Positions 53,315-64,000 of a DNA stretch of 64,000 bases are shown here, piece after piece. The position numbers and the translations under genes are program-made. This DNA comes from Macrostomum lignano. Taxonomy: Eukaryota. Under the pieces are notes generated by a model, which searched no databases, was not told where the DNA came from, and saw only the letters and a list, made by a program, of their open reading frames with translations. Position 1 is the first letter of the stretch, and the number at the start of each line of letters is the position of its first letter. Location of the stretch: assembly GCA_002269645.1 (NCBI GenBank), contig NIVC01003227.1:15485-79484 (forward strand), read 5' to 3'.

Positions 53315-56300
53315 TCACAGTTCCGCCTCAGTCAGTCGCCCCTCGCGACCCCCCTGACACCAGCGTGCGAGTCTTGACCGCATCGCCCGGGCTTCCATTC
53401 TGCTGGCGTCCTCCCAGTGCCTGACGGCGAGGTTCACGATGGCGTCGATGCCGCGCTCGAAGCGCAGGGCCAGCGCGTCGATTTCTGAAAAGAAAAGTAG
53501 AGGTGTAGAATCATCCATCCACTTTATTTATTTGTGAACTACTTCAAATCTTTAAAGCATCTGACCGCATGTTCCGATCATCTGCTATTCGGAAGGCAGC
53601 ACTATTACGGCTCGTACCTTCCCTTTCCGTGTACGTCGCAGTCTCGGATCTTGAAAACAAGATATTCTTAATCTTGCGCAAAATGTACTGCAGTAGCATC
53701 GGACTGCTGTTGTCCTCCAGGTGGGCCTCCCTGGCCGCGGCGTAGCAGTTGGTCAGGACGCTGATGAAGAGGTTCGCGAGAACCAGCATCAGCATCAGCA
53801 TGTAGACGGAGAAGGCCAGCATGGACAGCCAGCTGCTGTTGTTGATGACGCTGACGTCGAACTTTCCCAGCATGGCGGAAAACAGTGTGGACATTGTGCC
53901 GGGCACGGTGCTAAATGCGTAGTGGCTTCTTCCCAGCAGCAGATTCTGCAGCAAGCAGAAGGCCAGAAACATTATGGAAAAGATAAGAGAAAATGACGCG
54001 AACTGACTTGTCGAGATGCGTAGAGTGGTGAGCAGGTGGCGCAGGCTGGCACTGAAACGGCTGAGATGCAGCAGCGAGAGCTGCAGACAGGCGATGGCGA
54101 TTCCGATGCAGCAGAGAAACTTGTGATTGTGCAGCAGCAGCTGCCGGAGTCCCGGCCAGCCTGTGTTCACTGCGCCCTCCAGTGCAGCACTTGTGGCTGC
54201 AGCTCTCATGGGGTAGAGAACGCATGCGATCAGCATAGCAACTACGGTGCAGGTGTCCAGCAGGTTTCTAATGCTGCGCAGGAAATCGCGTCGCTCCTGC
54301 TGAGTTTTGAGAGCCAGCAGGACCAACAATGCGATGGTAAGCAGAGCCGCCAGGATCTCGGACAGCAGGGTGAGGATGCCAGCTGCGCCAATGTAGCGGT
54401 AGAGGTTCGCTGTGAGCAGGCTTGCGCTGCTGCTTGCTCCACCAAACGGCCAGAACTCGGTCGCTATAGCAACAGATGTAAACAGGTTAACATTCGGATA
54501 GAAAAGGTCCAGTTCGACAATGACCACCGCGGTATTTTCGTCAAGCCAGTTGAGGCTCTGCAGCTGGGCCAGCAAGGCTCTGCTAGCGCCCAGTCCGTCA
54601 GGCAGGAGAACAGCGAAGCCTCCGCCCCGGTAGTCGCGGGAGCGGCCATAGTACGGAGCTCCATCGGGACGGTTCATAAAGGCGGTGGAAAGCGGGTCGG
54701 CCGCGAAGTTGCAGCTGATTTTTCGAGTCCAGTTCGCACTGAAGCAGCCGAGCTCGTCTCTGAGGTCGGAGTCAATGCGAAGCTGTCGGATGGACAGGCG
54801 GCTCAGCCGGAAGCCCGCTTGGTCGCTCATGAAGCGCGACTTGTCCGGGAATACAGCGGGCAGCAGACCGAAGTGCCAGCGGTGAAACAGCTCATCAGTT
54901 TTGCCTGTCACATTTTCCAGACTCGCGTACTTCAGTCTACTCAGGATGTTATTGTGCATTCGGTAGGCAGAGGGGTCCGTGTTGCTGAATGCAATGCAGT
55001 AGAGCATCACGATCAGCAGCAGCATGACGCCAGCTTCAGTGCAAATCGATTTGGCAGCTTGGCGAACGGGATCCTGCTGTGCCAAGTCTTCCAGCTCTTG
55101 CAGGTACGCTACGGCTTCTACAAACGGCGGCAAGATTTCATGAATAATGTGCAGCCAACCGCCTCAGATACAGCTACAAGAAATAGCAAAATACAATTAG
55201 TACAATAGCACTTGACCGCACCCCTTCGATATCCATCATTGTAGTAGCGCACTCTCACAAGTGGCTTGTTTTGGAAGTCGTGATCTTTTCGGAAGATAAT
55301 GACCAGGACAAAGGTCACCGCCACTACCTGTTGGAAGAATTCATTATTAGTATATAGTTATTTTAATTCATGCAGCACTTGGCGGCTATCAAACGGAAGA
55401 GTTCAAACCTTTAAAGGCTGAATCAAAAAGGCAGTTTGGGTGAAAGACAGAAAAAACGACTCGAGCCAGTCCTGCGACTTTTCTCTGCCCCACTGCATGG
55501 CAAAGAATATTAGAAAAATGCTGCAGCACAGCATCGTGCTCAGTGTAATGATCCAAGCAATCCACTGGAACGAGTGCGGCAGCCACCTGCGCTCCGCGGC
55601 CGGCAGGTCCTGAGTAATCACTGTGGTGGACGCGGGGTTCTCCAGCGAACGTTTTGAAGGAACAACGATGATGTCAGGCTGTCAATTGAAAGGGATTATT
55701 ATTCGGGGATAATGTCCCAAAGGCAATCCATATGACAATCTGGTATGTGAATGAGCACTAGCTACTGCTTGATGCCCTGAAGTGAAATATCTGGCTACTC
55801 ACATTGTCTGCGCTGCTCGCCTGCTGCTCACAGGCCTGCTCAGACTTGCATCTGTACTGCTGCCACAAAGCATTGATGCTGTCTGGCTGGGATTCAAGCT
55901 TGGACTTGAGGAACAGGAATGTAATGCAGATGGACACCGGTAACACAATCATTGAGCCGATAAATGAAATGATGGTCGAATTGGCTGACAGTCTGACGGG
56001 ACCTACAAAAATCCAGTCGCTGACGGTGGGGCCATCCGTCCCAACTCCATAGTACATTGCATTTGCCAGCATAGCCAGGAAGAGGAGGCTGAAGCAGACG
56101 CCGAAGCGCTGCAGACGTGTAAAATTTGTGTTTGTCTTTCGCTCCACCACCGACATCCACAGGTGCTCGTCCTGGAACTTGCGCAGAAGGTTGCTTCGGA
56201 TGAAGCGTGGATGAAATTCCAACAGCTCCATTGTTGCCATGTTGATGCTCACTGGGACACCGTTTGGTTCGACCGGTTCAGTGGGAACAAATATATATCT

Positions 56301-59300
56301 GAAGTGATTGACAATAGGTATTTCAGTTGTAGTTTTTGTATAGACGCTCAATCTGAGGAAATAAAAAAATGAAGGAATCAAGACTTGGTTATTCCAATTA
56401 TTACATAGTGCCCCTATACAGGTCGGTGACCATAATTCTTCGGAGCCACCACGGATGACGCGTTTCTTTGGATCCGTCCAGTGCCAGTCGGATACCAAGA
56501 ATATCACCCAGGTGCTTTTTGCTGGTCAGCAGAAAGTGATTGACGTCACCATCTTTAAAGTTCTGCAAGATAAAAAAGATGCGAAAAATCAGTCAGTTAT
56601 AGTCTTCAGACTCAAGGCTTTGAATCACCCTTGGCTACCTTGCGAATTCCGTCCTTCAAAGCGCGACAGATCTCCCATCCGTATTCCCCGCACAGGGTGA
56701 GGAAAGGAAGCCCCTCTGTGCCGCTCCTCTTGCCGCTGGCAGTGAAGACGTCAACCAGGTATCCGAACGGTTGCTTGCGGTCATCGCGCAGACGCAAGTA
56801 TTGGAACTGAATTGTTAAAGACACAAAACTACGAGCATATGGCCACTCAGAGAGACAGGATCTAAAAGTTTCTCGTACAAACTAGCAGCCACTCACCTTG
56901 AGCATGTCAATAGAGTCGATCCTTCTGAGCAGCAGAGCAAGTGGAATGAATACAATCCAGAGCGAAACTATGGTGCCCAGAACGGCTCTGGCGTCAGCCA
57001 GTTTTCCCTGCCAGTTGTTAAAGAGCTCACCGAAGTCTATCAGATTCGGCACTATGCTCACTCCGACCCCCAGACTGCCGAGCAGTCGGCTGGTGAAGAA
57101 CGGTCTGTCGGGAAAGCTGCGGTTGCTTTCAATGCTGCACAGCTCCGCAGGCAGAGACTGCCAGAGTTCAAGGCTGGAGTTCCACCAGCGACAGGAAAGC
57201 TCGGACAGGCTAAGGTGGTACACCACAGTCGGATCAGGACACTCTGGAATCACAGCGCCCTTTGCGTCCCGATAGCAGCTCGCGCGGCGCACTCCGATGT
57301 AAAAGGCAACTTCGGACTGGGGCAGAATCAGAAAACCTTTGTCCGTCTGCATCAGGTAGTCGGAAGGAGTTGGCAGCGAGCCAAATTGTACTGACAGCAG
57401 CAGGTGATCGCTAGAGTTTTTGGGCTCCACAACGGCTTGCACGGGGTGATGAGTAGCGTTTATCTGATGATAGACAGTCAGCCAGCGATCCGTTGGAGTA
57501 GCTTTCACCAATTCGCCCTGACCTTTCTTGGTCCGCAGTGCTATCTTTATATCAGACTTGCAGACCTGGGCATATGACATGAGAACTGTTGAGTCCACTG
57601 AGCTATTCTGCCACAGGTAGGGATTCAAGCTCGTCATAAGCATCTTTGTGAAACTGCACATGCCAATCTTTTCGAGGGTCGCGGTGCCAAATTCTGTGTT
57701 GAAGGTGAAGTTTGTAGAGTTTGAATGGAAATTTGCGCCTTGAACGGAAATGTGCGACCCGGAAATTGAAAACGATTCCGTATTTCTTAGAAAGATGTCA
57801 GAAACTGAGTTGACCGACTCTAGAACTGATTCCACCGCTTGACGAACAGTCTGGGTTTCCGCAGTCAGCTGAGTTTCGCACTGTGGTGTTGATTCGTTGG
57901 AGCAGTCTTGAAACTGATCAAGTGCAGTCTTATGCAAGGTGTCTGTTGCAAACCAGATGTTGGATGCTGTAGAGACAATATCTGAGGTTAGACGGTGGGA
58001 TTTTGTGCCAAATATCCCGTTTTCTTGCACAAATGGTAAAATTTTACTTCCTATATACTCTATATACTGTAAGCTCTCGAATTACCAGATCCGATGTATT
58101 CGTTGGTGTCAGCTGGAAGCGCAGACTGGAACTCGGCAAAGCTTTCCACCACTTTTTGCAGCATTGAAGAGCAGACATTCTGGAAGTAGCGATCGGTGCA
58201 ATATAATTTGCTTGCCAAAGTCACTCATGTTCAAAAAGTTGATGACCTCACCAAAGGCTTCAGCTCGATTTGATTTGCTCTCTCTGTGGGCACTGAGTTT
58301 CGCAGCACATCGTTCACCTGCTCCAGATCTCCAGGTGAATTCAATGAGAAGTTTGCCAGAATTTTTATCAGCTTCGTGCGTTGCTGCAATGCAATAATTA
58401 GTATCAGTGTTAGAAACTCCTAGACTTACGACGTGCTGGTTCATAAAGCATTTCTCACCTTGGTCATTTCAAGCTGAAAAGCTGCCGTCTCCTCGGCAGT
58501 TGCGTTGGCACCTTCGGCGTCTTCATTTTTGGCATTCATGACGGACAAGAGAGAGATCAGGGTGGTAGCGGCTCCTTGCTGATTTCCGCTCGTCAGGAGG
58601 TGGGCGAGCTGGCTGTCATTCTCATCCAGCTCAGATGAAACGTTGGCGAGAAGCACGGATGCAGGTATCGGTGGCGGGTTTACCTGTGAATTCGATTAAT
58701 TTATACACTTTGTACTGCTTTCAATAATTTTGTCAGGCAGCTGCACCCTTACAATTATGTTCACGATAGCCTTTGTCCTGTCGTCCAGCCGGTCGATGAT
58801 ATTAATTAGCACTTCTGATCCATAGTTCTGCTGTAGGGCACCGACAGGCAGGATGACCCAGGGCGACACTGCGACGGGTCCGTAGAACAGCAGCATGCTT
58901 CTGCGCTCTCCCTTCGGTCGGATCCGATACTCGTAGGTGAGCCGAGACTCCGTCACGTTGAACTCCACCCAGCCCCAGCAGGAGATTTGGTATCGTGTGA
59001 GCATCGCAATTCCCATTTTCGGTTCAACATCGCAGCTCCCAGAGCTGGCCGGTTGGTTAATTAAGAACAACTCGGATTCTGTTCCAGGACCTTCCTGCGC
59101 GTAGCTGGTGGCAAAAACTTGCACCAGATAAAGGACACCAGTCTGCAGGGTGCCCGGCTTGCGGGTGACTTTGTCCCTGGTGGGATCTGAAATAAAGCCA
59201 TTTGGAAGCACGAGGCATTGCTCGCCTAAGATTCTCTAAAAAAATTTATAGAGGCCCAGAGGCCTCTCTGCACTGCACTCACTGCATTCACTGCATTTTT

Positions 59301-62300
59301 CTCTTCTCCAGGCAAAATCAGTGCCGTACTGAATTGCAAGCACTCGTAATATACCGATCTTGAGAACAATAAGCTGTTTTTCTACGGATAAAAAGAATGA
59401 AACTTACTGAGCTCAATGGAATTTGTCAAGTCGTCGAATTGACTGCTGAGATAGGGCTTCATCCCCCATGTGTAATTGAGACTGTCAAACTTTGATCCGC
59501 AGTAAGCCAAACATTTCACAGTAATGCTTAGCGGCATGTTCGGCGTGACCTTTTCACCGCAGTTTCTGACACATCTGCAATAAAGTACGGATGGTGTACG
59601 AATGGGAGGAACTTCCGCTAAAAATAGCAATCTTAAAAGAAACTCACTTCAACCCAACTATTGCTGTCTTCTGAGGCCGGACGAAAAACAACAGATCAGC
59701 GGTGGCTTTTCGAGAATCCTTGTAGATTGCCACTCGAATCACATAGGACCTATTTGGCAGCAGGTGCCATGAGTTGATAACTGTCTCGTTCAGCATTGGG
59801 CCTTCAAGAAAAACACCAGCGCCGTTGCCCCAGCAGCCCCTGAAGCCGATGACGCTTTGGTTATCCGGAACGCTGACTCGATCGAAGCTTCCCAATGGGA
59901 AGCCGCTGGACTCTGCCTCCTGCCTGCAGTGCCACTGGAACTGCATACCTGTTAGGTTTCCGTTCTCAACATCCCAGTCACGAGCGTTTACAGTTAAAAC
60001 TTCAGTTTGATTGTAGTCAACTGACACATTTGAAGGAGCAAACTGCAGCGTCAGTGGAGTCTTGGTGACGTTAAGCCAGAAGGAGAACTCAGCAGACACC
60101 GGCGGTCGAACTGCGAACATGGACACGTTAAGCAGCACTCTGTACATTCCATACCACAGAGTTCTGCTTGGCAGGCTGAGGGTGAACGAGTCGGCCAAGG
60201 CCAAGTTTAGAGGCCCGTTAGTGTCCTCGATTCGCCACTGACGTACAGTGGTGCTGGTCTTTAAGCAGTTTAACTCTACCAAACAATCTACTGTCAGTAG
60301 CTCTGAACGCATCATCTGCAATGGTGGCTCCGAATCATCTTGCGTAATATTTCTTCCCTTGTAGGTAAAGTTCAAGGCTGGAGGCTCGCACATCCAATCC
60401 AGAACCTCTGCAACAGTGTTGGCCGTGTCGTTGCTGACGTGGTTGAAGGCAAACACGCTTGCGTGATACTTGCCGAGATCCGGATACGTGTGAGAGAATA
60501 CAACGGACAGGTTGGTGTAGGACAGTTCAGTGAACTCGGTGCTCCGATTGCTTGCATGCTGTCTGCACACATCGCCTACTCCAAAGAATTCAACGCTTGA
60601 ATCGCCATAGTCGATCATAAAGCAGCCTCCGGTTCCGAATCTCGCGATTTCCAGGATGAGTGTTGTTGCATTCGATAGAAATACCGAGCCATTGGTCCGG
60701 AAACTGGAAATATTCACTGCATCGAGCACAATATCCACAGTGATGGGAAGCAGCTGCCATGAGATAAGGTTTGAGCAGTTCAAGGTGAAGTTCTGGAGCC
60801 CCAGTGCGGCTCTTCCGAACTGATGGATCAGCAAAGCCTCGGCACCGTTGCCAACCTCTGGCACGAACAGATAGCGAGTGCCGAATTTTCCCCAGCTGAA
60901 GTGGCAGTGCAGATTGGTGAGACTCAATGAGCCGCTGAGGATGAAGTGCACCAGTCCTGGAGTGTACAATACGCTCTCATTGTACTCAATCTGCAAGTCG
61001 CTAACAAGGTCTTGCACAACGATTTTCTCAACTAAGATATATTGGCTGCTAACGCCATTCCAGCCAAACATGTTTGCGCTATAGTTGCCACTGATATTGA
61101 AGATTGCAGTAGCCGTGTCCCCGTAGGCCAGTGAGATCCACTGCCCGTCACTGCTATTCACATTGACTCGAACACCAGTGCCAGAATCCAAGTGTGCCGT
61201 GAAGTTTAGCATCTCAGCCCGCTGAACTACCAGAGGGCCTGACCACGCCAAGCCTGACAAAGCTTATTGGCATTGAAAGCTGGAGTTTGCTAATTCTATG
61301 GATGACACTAGATTCCAGCACGTGACTCTGACCAGCTCGGGACTGGCTAGAAGAGCCCTGTTACAGCCAATGGACAAATTCGCGAATCCTGAGAAAGAGA
61401 TATTCTCTGACCGACCGGCAAAACGGATATAACAAGTGGCGTTAGTTGGCTGTGGTTCTTTATGACTGATAGTCATGATGCCGTGAGAACTGAGCTCGAT
61501 ATATTGAGGAACGTGAATGGACAGTGAGCTGACAGGATTCTGTACTATGACATAGAGTACTTGAACATCCGAATTAGTATGAAAGTTAGTGGCCCTGACA
61601 GCCACGTTGAATCCTCCAGGCCTGTTGAAATGCACCGCCACTCTGTCCACCATTTGCCAAGCAAACAGGTGTGCAGCAGAATAGTTTGCTGAACTTCCGT
61701 TGCCAAATTCCACAAAGTAGACCACGTGACTTCCCTGCTCAACACTCAAAGTAAGCAAGAATGTTTGATTAGTTCGCACCTGTTGACTCCCATTGATTTG
61801 CAGGCCGCTGATATTTTGCTGCAGAATGAGGTAAAATGTTTTCGTTAGTGTGCTGAGCAAGTTGGAGCAAGTTACATTGACCAGTGTGAATGGCATGTCT
61901 GTCGATGCAAATTGAAGAACCTCCTGTTGCGTCATTCGAGGTCGCAGATCCGCAGTGAAGTTGTTCGGTTCTCTGTCCTGCTGCAACTGAGCGCTGCACG
62001 AGGCGATGAGGCGGGAGCTGGGACCGCCCTTCAGCAGCGAGAGCTTGAGGCTGGCATTAAGCGGCGCGGGTGCTGGCGTGTAGTCGAGGTCAATACGTAG
62101 GAACTCAGGCAGGTTAGGCACCACTTCCACACTCAACTCTCGAGTCCAAGACGTCAGTGCATTGCTTACATTGACCTGTATGGTGAAAGGCCCAACGTCC
62201 TCTCCAAAACTAATGTTCCAGCGCACTGAGTGATGCAAGTAGCTGTCGACGTGACCGCCAGTCAGCCAGTCCCACGTCAGATGACCGCCATTGCTGAAGT

Positions 62301-63899
62301 TGGCAGTAATTGAGACTGCAGAACCCTGCATCCAGAACACAGACAAAGTGGAAAATTCACCGTATCTTAGTACCGAATCGGATACGCTTGAGCTGACGTT
62401 CAACAAAGGCACTTCTGAACAGGAGAGACTGCTCAGCAGAGGCACGCAGTGCAGGTTGTTAGATACGTCAGTCTCCGTATATGACGAGTGCAAACTGCTG
62501 TTAAGCACTGAGCACAGATCCGTGAGGCTTCTACATATATCATAGCTAACATTGAATGTCACTTGACAGTTGATAGTGAGATTATGAGCCAGCTCTCTGC
62601 GCTGCTCCTCTGCGACACATTCGCTAAATTGCGAGTTAAAGCTGCTGGATTCACGCAGGAAGGCATGTAGCTCAAAATTGAGTCGCGGTGAAGGAACAGC
62701 TTCCACCGGGATGCCATCAATCAGCCGTAGTGCATAGGAAACTGCCAGTGTGGCAGGATACCGGTGAATCCAAGTTGTGTTGAGAACGCCGAATTCGATT
62801 GATTCAAGCGCGGTATCCGCTCCTGGGGTGCAGTTCTTTTGAAGGGGTGCACATGCAACCATGTGATTTGGAGTGGCAACCACTAAGCTGGAATTGCCTC
62901 CCATTGTGGCGTGCACACACAGAAAGTTGAAGTATTCACAGTCAATCAGACCTAGAACCTGTGAACTGTGCACAGCGGTCTGCACCAACTCTCCAGGTAG
63001 CAGAGTGTCTCGTAATTGAATTTTTCCGGCTCCAGAATCTCGTGATCTCTCAAGACAACTTACGTTATGGCTGCAATCAGTAGGAGAGTTCAGGACTGTA
63101 AGCTCGAAGTTTGAATCTGGTGCCGGGACTGCAGCAACAGGAACTGTCCTGGATGAGCTCAACAGAAGAGAGACGTTCACCAAAATTCTAGATGGGATAG
63201 TTCGAGTAAAAATCCCTGCTATTGCTATGGATGCTGAGACATTGAGCTCCGGCTGACACGTGGCTTCAAAGTCTGAGCACATGACATTGTTGTCAAAATT
63301 CTCCTCAATGAACCCTGCCGAAGGTCCGACTTCCACTGCTACACAAATATACGTCAATATATGGCACAGTCCACTGCTGGCACAGTTACCGGAGCCACAA
63401 CTGTAACTGACGCTGTGTGCCAGTTGACTGTATGAGAGTGGCATTTCCAGACTGAATGTGCAGTGGATCAGTGGATACATTCCGACCGTTTCCACTCAGA
63501 AAAGCTGAAAATAAATAATCCGTTGCATAGGATCCGTTAAACTTTTCGGCCAGCAGACCGAGGCTCAAGTAAAGAGTAACGTTTGTTAGCTGGGCTCTGA
63601 CAATCGGATGGGAGGGCTGAACAATCGATACGTTTCTAAAGTTCACATCCGCAACTGAAATAAAAATTAGAAAGGTATTTTTATAATAATGGAGCCTGCT
63701 CTGTCTTTCGAACGATACTAGCTCGTGAGTTGATCATTTTTCGGTCACAACTTGCCTGGCACGCATTGGGAGCCCCTCTGGCGGAAGGTGGAACGACAGA
63801 GACATCTGGTTTCGAGCACTGGTCCGGCTGATAAGCAGACTGTTTTTGACGTCAGCGAGCATGCCAGATCCGAATAGCACTGTTCTTCGATTGCCATTG
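53315..63899 (-). CDS. Polycystin-1-like (PKD1 family) gene, 5'-incomplete: Cys-rich module, about 150-aa repeats, PKD-like Ig repeats, REJ, GAIN/GPS, TM1, PLAT, TMs, TOP and TRP-like channel domain; possibly disrupted
   Basis: REJ CVRNC and GSCDVEP.GIA.LT.YQISC.GW.E; GPS-like C.WWN...W and PNLIDF; PLAT YLVDVFTA...GT and LGDILGIRL...WWLRRIMVTD; F.DEHLWMSV, FTRLQR..VCFSLLFLAMLAN; channel MSTLFSAMLGKF...LANLFISVL. Many short introns; in-frame TAA at 61264-61266. Confidence 0.9.
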
Positions 63900-64000
63900 C
63901 TGAAAATGAAATTGCCTCTCTTATAAAAAGAAGTCAATATTCAAAAATAATTGCAGTCACTCACGAGTGTGAATGAATGACTTCTCAATAATCTCATGAA

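Noticed and set aside
21596-55208. Long antisense or alternate-frame ORFs (21596-22855, 24054-24752, 28367-29326, 49417-50376, 54036-55208)
   Set aside because: They are shadows of GC3-rich or repetitive coding sequence on the opposite strand, with no independent domain signal.
56505-56530. Apparent frameshift in the PLAT domain suggested by the ORF track
   Set aside because: Reading the A-run directly gives AGC AAA AAG CAC CTG, which is in frame.
59290-59360. Apparent frameshift in the PKD REJ region
   Set aside because: A 29-nt exon (59330-59358) with ordinary GT-AG sites restores the frame.

Overview
Eukaryotic (animal) genomic DNA with spliceosomal GT-AG introns and no prokaryotic features. 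GC3-rich exons, minisatellite-filled introns and splice acceptors just before start codons resemble the flatworm Macrostomum (inference only). Minus strand, left to right: (1) the 5' part of a filamin gene (CH1-CH2, Ig repeats 1-3, start of Ig 4; runs off the left edge), with a minisatellite in almost every GC-rich intron and candidate cassette exons in the Ig2-Ig3 linker; (2) a GTF3C2/TFIIIC110-like WD40 gene, apparently spliced to a long tail with acidic and basic in-frame repeats; (3) a 10-finger C2H2/AT-hook gene; (4) an AT-rich block with two non-autonomous TIR elements with clear target-site duplications; (5) a quick-to-court-like coiled-coil/GRIP gene. Next come a long RNA-like hairpin, a tRNA-derived SINE-like head and a near-identical inverted copy of the zinc-finger gene (plus strand). 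The window ends with most of a polycystin-1-like gene (minus) that has an in-frame TAA, a degenerate GPS site and an unrecognised Cys-containing ectodomain repeat. Main themes: tandem arrays seeded at splice donors and stop codons, a gene duplicate whose homology starts 17 nt before a splice acceptor (possible SL trans-splicing/operon context), and GC3 steps within genes. All exon boundaries, copy numbers and family assignments were read by eye; no database searches were run.
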